Positions 19,656-30,589 of a DNA stretch of 64,000 bases are shown in pieces. Under the pieces are notes generated by a model. It was not told where the DNA came from. It saw nothing but the letters and a program-made list of their open reading frames with translations, and did not search any database. The position numbers and the translations under genes are program-made. Within the stretch, counting starts at the first letter, position 1. Each line of letters starts with the position of its first letter. The stretch comes from Patescibacteria group bacterium (GTDB lineage: Bacteria > Patescibacteriota > Patescibacteriia > Patescibacteriales > UBA12465), in contig JBAZJV010000002.1 of the NCBI GenBank assembly GCA_041651095.1, positions 107,621-171,620 on the forward strand, read 5' to 3'.

Positions 19656-22190
19656 TTAAACCCAGGTTACGCCGGCCACCCGGTCGCTATCCTCCTTGAA
19701 GCGCATGATTCTGACTCCTTGCGTATCACGGCCCAAGATACTGACGGACTTGAACGGCGTCCGGATTACCTGGCCCTTTTCCGAGATGATGATGATATCG
19801 CGGTCCTCCATATTATCAGCATTGACCAGGAAAGCATTGGTAATATCACCGGTCTTAGATGTCACTTTCGCGGTCTTGATGCCGCTGCCACCGCGACCCT
19901 GCACCTTATAGGCGCCAAAGTCCGTCCGTTTGCCGTACCCGCGGGACATGATCGTCAAAATCTGATAATGCCGCTTTTTCTCCTTGTCCGTCTTGGCGAC
20001 GCCCATGCCGATCACCAGATCGTCCTTATGAAGCCTGATGCCGTGGACGCCGGCGGCACCGCGGCCCATATCGCGCACATCGGTTTCGCTAAAGCGGATA
20101 GCCTGGCCTTTGGCCGTGACTAGCTGGATGTGGTCGCTGCCGGAGGTCGGCTTGACCCAGGTTAAAGTATCGTCATTTTTGAGTTTGATGGCGATCAGAC
20201 CGGAGCGGCGGACGTTGGCGAAAGCGGCCAGCTCCACCTTCTTGACCAGCCCCTTGGCCGTGGCGAAAAACAGATACTGGCTGAACACCGCCTTATCCAG
20301 AGGCAGGATGGAAGACACCTGTTCGCCGCCGATCAGCTGCAAGAAATTCACGACCGGCGTGCCTTTGGCCACCCGCGAGGCCTGCGGAATCTCATAGACT
20401 TTCAGCTGGAAAACCCGGCCCTTGGTCGTGAAGAACAGGACGTCGTTATGCGTCTGGGAGGAAAACATGAATTCGACCATATCCTCTTCCTTGGTGGTGA
20501 GCCCCATGACGCCCTTGCCGCCACGCGCCTGGACTTTGAAAGTGTCCGGTTCCAGCCGCTTGATGTAGCCGTCGCGGGTCATCAGGACGACGGTCTCCTC
20601 GTTCGGCACCAGGTCCTCCATGCTGAATTCTTTGACGCCGTGCGCCACGACCTTAGTCCGGCGCTCGTCGCCGTATTTGTCCGCCAAAGCCTTAAGCTCA
20701 TCGCGTACGATGCCGCGGATCTTGGCGACGGATTTGAGGATCGCCTCCAATTCTTTGATTAATTTCTGCTTTTCGGCCAGTTCCTGTTCGACCCGCAAGC
20801 GTTCCAGATTAGCCAGGTTCTGCAGGCGCATTTCCAAGATGGCGATGGCCTGGCGTTCTGACAATTTGAATTTCTTGATCAGGTTCAGCTTGGCCGCTTC
20901 CTTGTCTTTGGAGGCCTTTATCGTCTTGATCACTTCGTCGATATGCTGCAAGGCGATCATCAGACCTTCCAGGATATGGGCGCGATCCTTGGCCTTGTTC
21001 AGATCGAATTGCGTCCGGCGGCGGACCACTTCCTCGCGATGCCGGATATATTCTTCCAAGATCATCTTCAGGGTCAGGACTTTCGGCTGGATCCCGTCGA
21101 CGAGCGCCAGCATATTCAGATGGAAAGTCGTCTGCAGGGCGGTATGCTTATATAAACTATTCAGAATCTTCTTCGGGTAGGAATCTTTTTTCAGTTCGAT
21201 AACGATGCGCACGCCATCCTTGTCGGATTCGTCGCGCAAAGCCTTGATTCCCTCAATCTTCTTATCCTTGACCAGGTCGGCGATCTTTTCCACCAGGTCC
21301 GCTTTATTGACCTGATACGGAATCTCGGAAACGATAATCCGGAAACCGCCGTTCTTTTCCTCTTCGATTTCAGCCTGGCCGCGGATGACGATGCCGCCCT
21401 TGCCGGTGGCGTAAGCGGCGGTAATTTCCTTCTGGTCGTAAATGATGCCGCCGGTCGGGAAATCCGGTCCTTTGACGAATTGTGTGAGATCTTCCGCGCT
21501 CGCTTCCGGGTTGGCGATCAGGTGAGCGATGGCGTCAGCCAATTCCCGAAGATTATGCGGCGGGATATTGGTCGACATGCCGACGGCGATGCCCATCGTA
21601 CCGTTGAGCAGCAGATTAGGCAGCTTAGAGGGCAGCAGCCGCGGCTCTTTCTGGCTGCCGTCATAATTCGGAATAAAGTCGACGGTATCCTTGTCGATAT
21701 CGAAAAGCATCTCTTCCGCGATCGGAGATAATTTGGCTTCCGTATAACGCATGGCGGCGGCGTTATCGCCGTCCATGGAGCCGAAATTCCCCTGGCCGCG
21801 GACCAGCGGATAGCGCATGGCGAAATCCTGAGCCATCCGGACCATGGATTCGTAAACCGCGCTATCGCCGTGCGGATGGTATTTGCCCAAAACTTCGCCG
21901 ACGACGGTGGCGGATTTGCGGAATTTAGCATTGGCTTTCAGACCGATACTCCACATGGCGTAGAGAATACGGCGGTGCACCGGCTTCAGGCCGTCCCGAA
22001 CGTCGGGTAAAGCCCGGGAAACGATAACGCTCATGGCATATTCCAGATAGGAACGGCTCATTTCGTCATTGATCGGCTGTTCCTCCACCGTGCCGTAATC
22101 GGTCTTCTTGCGCAGATTGGCCGTTGATTCGACTGGCGCGGCGGCGTTCTTTTCCGGCTGGTCAATATTTTTTTTAGCTGGCTTAGACAT
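19656..22190 (-). CDS. gyrA: DNA gyrase subunit A.
   Basis: Evidence includes [31 protein letters not shown], the catalytic region [10 protein letters not shown], and C-terminal beta-pinwheel repeats. Confidence 0.97.
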   Translation of the reverse strand: MSKPAKKNIDQPEKNAAAPVESTANLRKKTDYGTVEEQPINDEMSRSYLEYAMSVIVSRALPDVRDGLKPVHRRILYAMWSIGLKANAKFRKSATVVGEVLGKYHPHGDSAVYESMVRMAQDFAMRYPLVRGQGNFGSMDGDNAAAMRYTEAKLSPIAEEMLFDIDKDTVDFIPNYDGSQKEPRLLPSKLPNLLLNGTMGIAVGMSTNIPPHNLRELADAIAHLIANPEASAEDLTQFVKGPDFPTGGIIYDQKEITAAYATGKGGIVIRGQAEIEEEKNGGFRIIVSEIPYQVNKADLVEKIADLVKDKKIEGIKALRDESDKDGVRIVIELKKDSYPKKILNSLYKHTALQTTFHLNMLALVDGIQPKVLTLKMILEEYIRHREEVVRRRTQFDLNKAKDRAHILEGLMIALQHIDEVIKTIKASKDKEAAKLNLIKKFKLSERQAIAILEMRLQNLANLERLRVEQELAEKQKLIKELEAILKSVAKIRGIVRDELKALADKYGDERRTKVVAHGVKEFSMEDLVPNEETVVLMTRDGYIKRLEPDTFKVQARGGKGVMGLTTKEEDMVEFMFSSQTHNDVLFFTTKGRVFQLKVYEIPQASRVAKGTPVVNFLQLIGGEQVSSILPLDKAVFSQYLFFATAKGLVKKVELAAFANVRRSGLIAIKLKNDDTLTWVKPTSGSDHIQLVTAKGQAIRFSETDVRDMGRGAAGVHGIRLHKDDLVIGMGVAKTDKEKKRHYQILTIMSRGYGKRTDFGAYKVQGRGGSGIKTAKVTSKTGDITNAFLVNADNMEDRDIIIISEKGQVIRTPFKSVSILGRDTQGVRIMRFKEDSDRVAGVTWV

Positions 22191-22217
22191 AAATATAAAC
22201 AGGCTATAAGCTAAATC

Positions 22218-22748
22218 CTAATAAGCGATCTGAGTAATACCTTCGCAACCGGGCGGTATCTGGCAGGAACGGGCCGGACTTTCAGAAGGACCGACCGTCG
22301 GCATGCAATTGATATAAGCCGGACAGGACGACGCGGACGGCGGCGGGGTAACGACGGAGTCGCTGGTTGTCGCGGTCGAAGTAGCTGTGTCCGGAGAAGA
22401 GGTCGCGACCAATAAGCTGGACGTACCGACGAGAGTCGTATTAGTAGCGGTCTGAGCGGCTATTTTTTTCGTTTCCGCCAAGAGACTGTTGATCAAAGCC
22501 CGGCCTTTAGCCGCTTCTTGCGCTTGCCGATTCTGATTAAGCTGCGTCAGCTGGTCTTTGAAAGCCACGATCGTCTGATTAAGTTCGGTCTTGAGGTTTT
22601 GCCAGTCGCGATTATTGTCTTCAGACGCTTGTTGCCGGCCGGCCTGCCAGACATTTTTCAAATTGAACAGCCAAATAGCTAAAATCAAAAGAGCCAGAGC
22701 AATAGTGGCGGTTTGGATAATGGCTAGTTTTCTCTTCTCGCTCGCCAT
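22218..22748 (-). CDS. Hypothetical membrane-anchored protein with a coiled coil, an S/T-rich linker and a Cys-containing C-terminus.
   Basis: It has an N-terminal TM segment (IIQTATIALALLILAIWLF), a Q-rich helical segment, TSS/TAT repeats, and the C-terminal CPAYINC...CQIPPGC. I recognise no family. Confidence 0.5.
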   Translation of the reverse strand: MASEKRKLAIIQTATIALALLILAIWLFNLKNVWQAGRQQASEDNNRDWQNLKTELNQTIVAFKDQLTQLNQNRQAQEAAKGRALINSLLAETKKIAAQTATNTTLVGTSSLLVATSSPDTATSTATTSDSVVTPPPSASSCPAYINCMPTVGPSESPARSCQIPPGCEGITQIAY

Positions 22749-22768
22749 ATGTTTCTCGCGCGCTTTCC

Positions 22769-23371
22769 CTATTCCTTAATACCGTCCAAATTAATATCGT
22801 AAAGGATTTGTTCGGCTACCAGACGGTATTTCATGATCTCTTCCTCGCTGAACCACAGCGGTATTTCCCGCTCCGCATCGGCCACCGGATCGGAACAATG
22901 AATCAAATTACGGACCGCGCGGCTATCCAGGCTCGCCAATTCATAAGAATCCAAGGTATAGTCGCCGCGGATGGTGCCGCCGTCGGACGTCAACGGTTCA
23001 GTCGAGCCGACTATTTTCTTGACGATACCGACGGCTTGGTTGCCCTCCCAGATCATCGGCACCACCGGACCGCAGCTCATGAACCTGACCAGGCCGCGCA
23101 CAATATCCTTGCCGTATTCAATGGCCTCTTTCTCGATCGGCAATCCGGCCGCCTTTCTTTCGTCTAAGGTTCTTTGGCCCTTGCTGCTATACCAGGCATC
23201 GTCTTTGTTATAATGTTTCCACAGCTGCTCTTCGGTAGCCATAGTGAATTTCAAGGCTACCAGTTTCAGGCCGGTGTTCTCAATCCGTCTGATCGTTTCG
23301 CCGATCAAACCGCGCTGGACCGCGTCCGGCTTGAGGATAACCAGGGTTCTTTCTTTTTTCGGGTTAATCAT
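22769..23371 (-). CDS. ndk: Nucleoside diphosphate kinase, a long form with insertions.
   Basis: Evidence includes ERTLVILKPDAVQRGLIGETIRRIENTGLKLVALKF and the catalytic-His region NLIHCSD. Confidence 0.85.
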   Translation of the reverse strand: MINPKKERTLVILKPDAVQRGLIGETIRRIENTGLKLVALKFTMATEEQLWKHYNKDDAWYSSKGQRTLDERKAAGLPIEKEAIEYGKDIVRGLVRFMSCGPVVPMIWEGNQAVGIVKKIVGSTEPLTSDGGTIRGDYTLDSYELASLDSRAVRNLIHCSDPVADAEREIPLWFSEEEIMKYRLVAEQILYDINLDGIKE

Positions 23372-23376
23372 ATTTT

Positions 23377-24030
23377 TTAAATGCTTAAAATAACCACTTC
23401 CATATCTTCTTGGGGCAGATCTTTCTTGCTGATTTTTAATTTTTCCTCATAGCTGGGCGTGAGGCCGATTTCCTTAATGAATTTATCCACGCCGTCCAGG
23501 TCCCTTTGTTCATTCTGGGAATCTTTAATCTTATAATGCATCGGGATGATGATCCGCGGCTCGATTTGCGCGATCACTTCGACCGCTTTCTTGGCATCAA
23601 TAGTATATTTGCCGCCGATCGGAATCAATAAGATATCCGTGCCGACCACTTTTTCCAGCTGCGCGTCCGTCAGGGCGTGGCCCAGATCGCCGAGATGCGT
23701 GACCGAAATATCATCGATCTCGATCCGAAAGATTACGTTACTGCCGCGCTCCGCCCCTTCCTTATCGTCATGGAAAGCATCGACTCCTTCGATCAAGACT
23801 CCCTTAAAATCATATTCGCCGGCGCAATTAATAACCATCGGCGTGCCACGCAGAGCGCCGACATTATTATGGTCATGATGGTCGTGGGAAACCGTAACGA
23901 TATCCGCCTCGAAATTAGGGACCTTCAAACCGACCGCCTTGTCAAAAGGATCAGTAACAACCGTGACGCCTTCCGGACCGATCTTGTCCTGCAGTTTAAA
24001 GCAGGATTGGCCCTGCCAAGTAATAATCAT
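23377..24030 (-). CDS. Metallo-beta-lactamase-fold metal-dependent hydrolase (UPF0173-like).
   Basis: Evidence is MIITWQGQSCFKL...VTVSHDHHDHNN...ITHLGDLGH. Confidence 0.8.
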   Translation of the reverse strand: MIITWQGQSCFKLQDKIGPEGVTVVTDPFDKAVGLKVPNFEADIVTVSHDHHDHNNVGALRGTPMVINCAGEYDFKGVLIEGVDAFHDDKEGAERGSNVIFRIEIDDISVTHLGDLGHALTDAQLEKVVGTDILLIPIGGKYTIDAKKAVEVIAQIEPRIIIPMHYKIKDSQNEQRDLDGVDKFIKEIGLTPSYEEKLKISKKDLPQEDMEVVILSI

Positions 24031-24139
24031 ATAGCTTTAACACTAAAAATAGGTCTAACAACCTTGCTTTAAGTATAACAAAGGAAAGGCCTGAGGTCAA
24101 CTTGATTTTGCTCTTATTTTCCAAGATATTCAACCGAAA

Positions 24140-24988
24140 TTATGGGCTATTACCGGCTAAAATCCGAAGTGTTCCGGCTTGATCTATCCGGCGTATTTCT
24201 ATGCCGCGCGCCGTTGCCCGTTCCAGGACTCGGGGGCTGGGATGACCGAATTTATTACCCGCTCCGACCGAGATGACCAGCACATCAGGATGAACCGCGG
24301 CCAGAAATAATTCGCTGTTAGCGCTGTTGGAACCGTGGTGAGCGGCCTTTAAAACATCCGCCTCCAGATCCCAGCCAGAATTGGCCAAAGCTTTCTCGAC
24401 GGCGGTGCTGTTATCGCCGGTAAACAGGAAACGACGGCCGGCGCAGGTTATTTTGACGACCAGCGAATTATTATTATCGGCCTTGATGCCTAAGATGTCG
24501 GGATTTAACAAGCGCATAGCACAGCCTGGCCCATAAGATACCGCCGCTTGATTGCTCAAAGCGATCAGCTCCGTGCGGCTTTCCCGCGCGGTCTCTAATA
24601 AAGTGTCCAAAGTCGGCGAAGTCGGCGTACTCACCGAATAAACTAGATGTCTGACCTTATAGCGCCGCAATATTTCTATCAAGCCGGTGATATGATCTTC
24701 GTGATAATGGCTTAAAATAACATAGTCTATCCGGCGCTGACAGAAAGCCAGGCTTTCGCCGAGACGGCGCAGCACCAGATTGTCCGGGCCGCCGTCTATA
24801 ATGACCAATTGTCCGGTCGGCAATTTGATTAATGCAGCGTCGCCTTGTCCGATATCCAGAAAATCAACCTCCAGGGCAGCCGGCTTACTATATATGTATA
24901 TGCCGCCTAATATGATGCCGCCGAAAACTGCGGCTGCTACTAGCCATTTAGATAAATTTTTATTTATTTTTAGCCGTAGATTAATCAT
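24140..24988 (-). CDS. ComEC/Rec2-related protein. Only an N-terminal TM anchor and the metallo-beta-lactamase domain are present.
   Basis: Evidence is LEVDFLDIGQGDAALIKLPTGQLVIIDGG, ILSHYHEDHITG and AAHHGSNSANS. The polytopic competence channel domain is absent. Confidence 0.75.
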   Translation of the reverse strand: MINLRLKINKNLSKWLVAAAVFGGIILGGIYIYSKPAALEVDFLDIGQGDAALIKLPTGQLVIIDGGPDNLVLRRLGESLAFCQRRIDYVILSHYHEDHITGLIEILRRYKVRHLVYSVSTPTSPTLDTLLETARESRTELIALSNQAAVSYGPGCAMRLLNPDILGIKADNNNSLVVKITCAGRRFLFTGDNSTAVEKALANSGWDLEADVLKAAHHGSNSANSELFLAAVHPDVLVISVGAGNKFGHPSPRVLERATARGIEIRRIDQAGTLRILAGNSP

Positions 24989-25045
24989 ATATTAACTATA
25001 GAATAATCGGCCTTAAATAAAGGTAAAGGCTAGGGCATAATACTA

Positions 25046-25074
25046 TTGACAAATAGTATCAAATGTGCTATATT
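25046..25074 (+). promoter_or_regulatory. Sigma70-type promoter (extended -10) for 25132..25581.
   Basis: The elements are TTGACA, a 17-nt spacer ending in TGc, and TATATT. Confidence 0.55.
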
Positions 25075-25131
25075 TATTAGTTATAAGTTCATTTCATAAA
25101 TTAATAAAAAATAGGTCGAGGAGGCCTAAGA

Positions 25132-25581
25132 ATGATGGTTAAGACAAAAACTGAAGTCACAGTAGTAAACGCTGATTTCAAAACTGTTGTAAATTATGAC
25201 AACGTGCTGATAAAAATCCCTGATCCAGCGAAGGACAAATATTTTAAGTTCATTGCTGCTCATGATATTTCAGTTAATGAACAGATAGTCCATAATGCGA
25301 ATCGTTATCGCCGCGGCGATAAGATTGATGGCCAATGGATAACAAAATATTTTTCCGTAGATGAATCTCACTTCGGCAAAGATATTATTGCTAAAGTCGA
25401 GGTCGTCGAAAAAACAGATCATACCTCTCATGAAGCTAAAACATTTATCCTAAACATCGTTCCACAAAATTCGGCTAAACCGCAATTCCGATTAAAAGTC
25501 GGTTGCGATAAAAAAATGGATCATAATTCACTCTATATCCCTGGTACATCGAAATTTATAAATTTCGAACCAATAAATTAA
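25132..25581 (+). CDS. Hypothetical protein (149 aa), an AT-rich orphan.
   Basis: A strong SD (GAGGAGG) and its own promoter precede it, and a long nested hairpin terminator (about 25664-25735) follows. I recognise no motif. Confidence 0.55.
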   Translation: MMVKTKTEVTVVNADFKTVVNYDNVLIKIPDPAKDKYFKFIAAHDISVNEQIVHNANRYRRGDKIDGQWITKYFSVDESHFGKDIIAKVEVVEKTDHTSHEAKTFILNIVPQNSAKPQFRLKVGCDKKMDHNSLYIPGTSKFINFEPIN

Positions 25582-25845
25582 TAGCTGCTAAATCAAACAA
25601 AAAATTTTAAGCCCTAAACCCCGAACTTAAGCCCGCCCTCAATCCCTCAAATAAAAAGCCGTTCCAAACACCATCTTATTTATAAAAAAAATTAAAAATA
25701 AGATTGTGCGTAAGAACGGCTTTTTCCTTATAAAAATCCGCTATTTTACCCTCAAGACGGCCATGGCCAGATACAAAAACCGCCTCGCTCTCGCGAAACG
25801 GCCTTTGTATAACTTTTAAATCAAAAAATAAACAAGGTTTAAAAA

Positions 25846-25950
25846 TTATCTCTTTTTCTTCTTGGCGGCTTTCTTCTTGGCCGGCTTCTTAGCAACCTTC
25901 TTCTTGGCGACCTTCTTCACCACCTTCTTTTTTGCAGCTTTCTTTTTCAT
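25846..25950 (-). CDS. Lysine/alanine-rich 34-aa micro-protein resembling a histone H1 tail.
   Basis: The product is MKKKAAKKKVVKKVAKKKVAKKPAKKKAAKKKKR. An excellent SD (GAAAGGAGGTGAGATT-ATG) precedes it and a hairpin plus T-run terminator follows (about 25775-25805, minus strand). Confidence 0.55.
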   Translation of the reverse strand: MKKKAAKKKVVKKVAKKKVAKKPAKKKAAKKKKR

Positions 25951-26146
25951 AATCTCACCTCCTTTCTTAAATGAATTTGAAAATGTAAATAGAAATTCCT
26001 CGGTTAAATTCAAACTCTTACTTATATTATACAACTAACCATAAAAACTAGCAATAGTTTTTGCCGCTTTTTAAAAAATTCCCCCGCCCGATTCCGAAGG
26101 CGGAGGAATTTTTGTTGTCATCTTCACAAGAGTTTTTCCGCGTCCG

Positions 26147-27532
26147 TTAAAACTTATCGCGGAAAAATTTTTCCAATTCTGATATTTCAATTCTCTCTTG
26201 TTGCATAGTATTACGATCGCGCACCGTCACCGTCCGGTCGTCCAAAGTGTCAAAGTCAACCGTGACGCAATAAGGGGTGCCGATCTCGTCCTGGCGGCGG
26301 TAACGCTTGCCGATGTTGCCGTTGTCGTCGAATTCGCAGCGCCAGTTCAGTTTCAAGCGATCAAAGATCTCGCGCGCCCGCTTCACCAATTCCGGCTTAT
26401 TCTTGAGCAACGGGAAAACCGCAATCTTAATTGGCGCCAATTTCGGGGCTAATTTCAGAACAATCCGGGTTTCGCCCTCTATCGCTTCCTCCTGATAAGC
26501 CTCCGTTAAGACAGCCAGGAAAGTCCGGCCGACGCCGGCGGAAGTCTCGACGACGTGCGGCGTGAATTTCTCGTTCGTCGCCGGATCAAGATAAGTCAGC
26601 TCCTGGCCGGAAAACTTGCCGTGTTGGCTCAGGTCGTAATCGCCGCGGGCATGAATGCCTTCCAGTTCCTTGAAACCGAAGGGAAAGCGATATTCAATAT
26701 CATACGCCTCTTTGGCATAAAATACCAGATTCTCATGCTTATGCCATTGCAGGTTGTCCGCTTTAATCCCTAAATCCAGATAAAATTGCCAGCGCACTTT
26801 TTTCCATTCTTCATAATACTTCAGATCATCGCCCGGTTTCACGAAATATTGCATTTCCATCTGCTCGAATTCCCTGGTCCGGAAAATGAATTGGCGGGCC
26901 GTAATCTCGTTGCGGAAAGCTTTGCCGATCTGGGCGATGCCGAACGGAATCTTGACGCGGGCCGAATCCAGCACGTTTTTGAAATTCACGTAGATGCCCT
27001 GGCAGGTTTCGCCGCGCAGATAAGTCGGCTCCTTGCTCCAGTCGCCGGTAAAATTGCCGAGATTGGACTGGACCAGCAGGTTGAACTTGCGCCCGGGCGT
27101 AAAATCGGCCGCGCCGCAATTCGGACATTTGATCTTATCTTTATTTTCCGTGAATATCCGGTTGATTTCCTCTTCTGACATCTTCTCGTCGGCGAATACC
27201 CCGGCTTCTTCCAGTAGGGCGTCCAGCCGCAAGCGGGCGTGGCATTTCCGGCACTCGGTCAAAGGATCGGAAAACCCTTTGACGTGGCCGGAAGCCTCCC
27301 AGATGCGCGGACTCATGAAGATAGCCGAATCCAGCCCGACGATATCGTCGCGTAATTGGGTCATCGCCCGCCACCAGGCCTGCTTGATGTTATTGGCCAA
27401 TTCCACGCCGTAAGGACCGAAATCATAGACCGCGGTAAAACCATCATAAATTTCCGAGGACGGGAAAACGAAGCCGCGCCGCTTACACAGCGATACGATC
27501 TTATCCAGTGAATTGTCGGTAACTTTCTTCAT
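26147..27532 (-). CDS. glyQS: Glycine--tRNA ligase (dimeric class II GlyQS type).
   Basis: Evidence includes RRGFVFPSSEIYDG, YLRGETCQGIYVNF, GKAFRNEITARQFIFRTREFEQMEMQYF, and the anticodon-binding tail. A terminator hairpin lies at about 26075-26125. Confidence 0.95.
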   Translation of the reverse strand: MKKVTDNSLDKIVSLCKRRGFVFPSSEIYDGFTAVYDFGPYGVELANNIKQAWWRAMTQLRDDIVGLDSAIFMSPRIWEASGHVKGFSDPLTECRKCHARLRLDALLEEAGVFADEKMSEEEINRIFTENKDKIKCPNCGAADFTPGRKFNLLVQSNLGNFTGDWSKEPTYLRGETCQGIYVNFKNVLDSARVKIPFGIAQIGKAFRNEITARQFIFRTREFEQMEMQYFVKPGDDLKYYEEWKKVRWQFYLDLGIKADNLQWHKHENLVFYAKEAYDIEYRFPFGFKELEGIHARGDYDLSQHGKFSGQELTYLDPATNEKFTPHVVETSAGVGRTFLAVLTEAYQEEAIEGETRIVLKLAPKLAPIKIAVFPLLKNKPELVKRAREIFDRLKLNWRCEFDDNGNIGKRYRRQDEIGTPYCVTVDFDTLDDRTVTVRDRNTMQQERIEISELEKFFRDKF

Positions 27533-27563
27533 ATTTTTAGGTTTCCGCTAAATTATCTCTTCA

Positions 27564-29258
27564 TTACATCTTTTCCAAGATCCGCAGGCCCAGGACGGTA
27601 AAGCCGTTTTGTAAAACCTGGGTCACGGCGGCGATGAGAGCTAGGCGCGCCCTTCTCTCCCGCGATGCCGCTTTCAAGATATTGGTTTCATGGTAATAGT
27701 CGTTGCTCAACTGGACCAGCTCGAACAGGTATTGGGTCAATTCGCTGGGACGGTAGGTAGTGCCGGCCTGGGCGATGACTTCCGGATAACGGGCTAAAGC
27801 CAGCAATAAGGCTTTTTCTTTAGCGACGGATAAAGTCGTAAAATCCGGACGACCGAAGAGTCGCGCCAACCAGCCTTTGCGCAGGATGCTGCGCAGGCGA
27901 GCATATCCGTATTGTAAATAACAAGCCGTGTAGCCGTCAAATCGCAGAGCCTCATTAATATTGAAAGTAATAGTCTTGTCGGCGCCGATTTTGAGCATTT
28001 CGAATTTGATCGTGGAAACGGTCAGGTTGAAAGCCACCTGCTTGATGCGGCGTTCGGACCATCGGCGGTGGCGCTGCGCCGTTTCGGCCGTTAATTTTTC
28101 AAAAATCTTATCGCGTAACTCCTGATAAGTGATGACGTTGCCGGTCCGCGAGGACATCATGCCTTCGGGCAAAGTCACGAAATCATAAGCCAGGTGACGG
28201 ACGGCCGGCCGATAGCCGCTCAGCTCCAGGATCTTGATCAATTGTTTAAAATACAGGCTCTGTCGGACATCGATCACGTAAATCGACTGGTTGATATCAT
28301 AGCGGCGGAATTTCTCCGAAGCCAAAGCCAGGTCCGCTACCGGGTAGAGCGCGGTGCCGTCGGAACGGATGATCGGCAACACTCCCAGGCCGTACGGCTC
28401 CAGGTCGGCGATGATCGCTCCTTCGCTCCTGACCAGAATACCTTTTTCCAACAGCTCATCGACCAATTTCCGGCCGGCGTCGACCACTTCGTTCTCATAA
28501 AAAATATGAGTAAACTTGATGCCTAATTCCCGGTAGATCGAATCAAAATAATCAATGCTCCAGCGCCTGGTTTCCAGCCAAAGCTGATAGCTGGCACCGC
28601 GGCGGCCTTCGATTTCCTGCATGATGGCGGCGACCGCCACCTTGCCCGCCGGATTCTCTGCTAGCGCCTGGGTTGCCTTGGCATAACAGCGGCCCAGCAA
28701 ATAACCTTTCGGTTCCGGCCGTTCGGCATAAACCTTGTCCCGCTGCCAGTTCCATAAAGTCTTGGCGACGTGAATGCCGAAATCATTGATATAGGAAACC
28801 GGGATGACTTGATAGCCGTTCTTGGCGAGCAGGCGATTGACCGCGTCGCCATAAGCGATATTGCGCAGATGTCCGACATGGTATTCCTTATGAGTGTTCC
28901 CATTAGAGTACTCAATCATTACTTTCTGGGCCTGGCCGGATTGGTTGCGGCCGTATTCATCGCCGGCGCTCCTAATGGCCGGGAGGACTTGAGCGGCTAA
29001 ATAAGATGATTTAATAAAAAAATTAAGATAGGGCCCGACTGCTCTAATCTCCTGGAAATATGGCTGCAACTCTTTATTCGCGCTCAGCCGGCCCGCCCAA
29101 GCTTTGGCCAGATCCGCCGGATTCTGCCGGCTAGTTTTAGCCGCCTCAAAACAAGCCAGGCTTAGATCGCCTAATTCCGGCCGCGGCGGATAGGAAAAAA
29201 GCGCCGATTCCACGCCTAACGCTTTTTGGATATTAAACTTTATATCTTCTAAGGTCAT
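27564..29258 (-). CDS. argS: Arginine--tRNA ligase.
   Basis: The HIGH-type motif is NTHKEYHVGHLRN. The MSSRTGNV (KMSK-like) motif and the DALR anticodon-binding C-terminus are present. Confidence 0.93.
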   Translation of the reverse strand: MTLEDIKFNIQKALGVESALFSYPPRPELGDLSLACFEAAKTSRQNPADLAKAWAGRLSANKELQPYFQEIRAVGPYLNFFIKSSYLAAQVLPAIRSAGDEYGRNQSGQAQKVMIEYSNGNTHKEYHVGHLRNIAYGDAVNRLLAKNGYQVIPVSYINDFGIHVAKTLWNWQRDKVYAERPEPKGYLLGRCYAKATQALAENPAGKVAVAAIMQEIEGRRGASYQLWLETRRWSIDYFDSIYRELGIKFTHIFYENEVVDAGRKLVDELLEKGILVRSEGAIIADLEPYGLGVLPIIRSDGTALYPVADLALASEKFRRYDINQSIYVIDVRQSLYFKQLIKILELSGYRPAVRHLAYDFVTLPEGMMSSRTGNVITYQELRDKIFEKLTAETAQRHRRWSERRIKQVAFNLTVSTIKFEMLKIGADKTITFNINEALRFDGYTACYLQYGYARLRSILRKGWLARLFGRPDFTTLSVAKEKALLLALARYPEVIAQAGTTYRPSELTQYLFELVQLSNDYYHETNILKAASRERRARLALIAAVTQVLQNGFTVLGLRILEKM

Positions 29259-29262
29259 GGCT

Positions 29263-30489
29263 CTAACTGATGATTTTTTTGAAATGCAGCTTGCCGCGCT
29301 GGATAATCAGGCCGGGTTTAATCTTAATCCGGGCTTTAAGATCTTTAATCGTCTGGAAAGTCTCGCCGAGTTTAATCTTGATCGCCCCCTGCTCCACCAA
29401 ACGGCGCGCTTCGCTCTTGCTGATTTCCGGCCAGACGGCGACGGCTAAATCGACGATGCCGTATTCGGCCTGGGCGGCCCGCCAAGATGGCAGATCTTCC
29501 GGCACTCCTTTCTTCTGGATAGTATTGATGAAATTCCGCTGCGCTTCCTCCGCCGCCTCGGCGCCATGGTTGACGCGCGTGATTTCCTGTGCCAGCCGCA
29601 TTTTCAGATCGCGCGGATTGATTTGGCCTTTTTTCAAATCAACGCTTAACTTTAACACTTCCGCCATGGGCACGTTGGTGCAAAGCTCGAAGGCCGAAGC
29701 CAGGATGTTGTCCGGCCAGGACATGACCTGGCCATACATGTTATTGGCGCTCTCATCCAGAAAAACGACGTTGCCTTCGGTCTTGCCCATCTTCTTGCCG
29801 CTCTCATCCGCCAACAATTTCATGGTTAAAACGAATTTTTCCTTATTCTTCTTAGCTTTCAGCAAGTCGCGGCCGCACATCATGTTGAACATCTGGTCGT
29901 TGCCGCCGACTTCCAGGTCGACATCCATAAACAGGCTGTCGTAAGCCTGGGTCAGAGGATAAAGGAACTCATGCAGATAAATCGGCTTTTCTTCTTTTAG
30001 CCTGGCCTGGAACATATCGCGGGTGATCATGCGCTGGACCGTGAAATGCGAGGCCAGCTCGATCAGGTCGGTAAAATTCAATTTATCGTTCCAAGCGCTA
30101 TTGTACATTACCTTGGCCGGATTATCCCCGTCGAAACGCAGATAAGCTGATGCTTGCTTTTGATAATCTCGCGCATTGGCCAGCACTTCTGCCCGGGTCA
30201 TCTGCCGGCGGGCCGCCTGCTTGTCGGTCGGATCGCCGATAAGACCGGTAAAATCGCCGATCAAAAAGACCACCTCATGCCCTAAAGCCTGGAATTGCCC
30301 CAGTTTATTAATGGAAATGGCGTTGCCGATATGCAGCGCCGGCGCGGTCGGATCATAACCGCAATACAGCCGCAACCGTTCTCCGGATAACAGTTTCTTC
30401 TCAAGGGACTGCGTGCTGGGATAAATTTTTTCCACGCCCCTGGTCAAAAGTTCCTGAATCATTTTTTTATCGGTAATCACTTTAGGCAT
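29263..30489 (-). CDS. tyrS: Tyrosine--tRNA ligase.
   Basis: Evidence includes YCGYDPTAPALHIGN, KKMGKTEGN (KMSKS) and a C-terminal S4-like domain (SKSEARRLVEQGAIKI). Confidence 0.95.
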   Translation of the reverse strand: MPKVITDKKMIQELLTRGVEKIYPSTQSLEKKLLSGERLRLYCGYDPTAPALHIGNAISINKLGQFQALGHEVVFLIGDFTGLIGDPTDKQAARRQMTRAEVLANARDYQKQASAYLRFDGDNPAKVMYNSAWNDKLNFTDLIELASHFTVQRMITRDMFQARLKEEKPIYLHEFLYPLTQAYDSLFMDVDLEVGGNDQMFNMMCGRDLLKAKKNKEKFVLTMKLLADESGKKMGKTEGNVVFLDESANNMYGQVMSWPDNILASAFELCTNVPMAEVLKLSVDLKKGQINPRDLKMRLAQEITRVNHGAEAAEEAQRNFINTIQKKGVPEDLPSWRAAQAEYGIVDLAVAVWPEISKSEARRLVEQGAIKIKLGETFQTIKDLKARIKIKPGLIIQRGKLHFKKIIS

Positions 30490-30589
30490 ATAGCGCTAGG
30501 AAAGCCGGCGAGCCGGCTTGGTACTAATTAGCAAATTATGTTATAATATTATCAGACTTAGCTTAATTTTTCAATTAATTTCAAAACCT

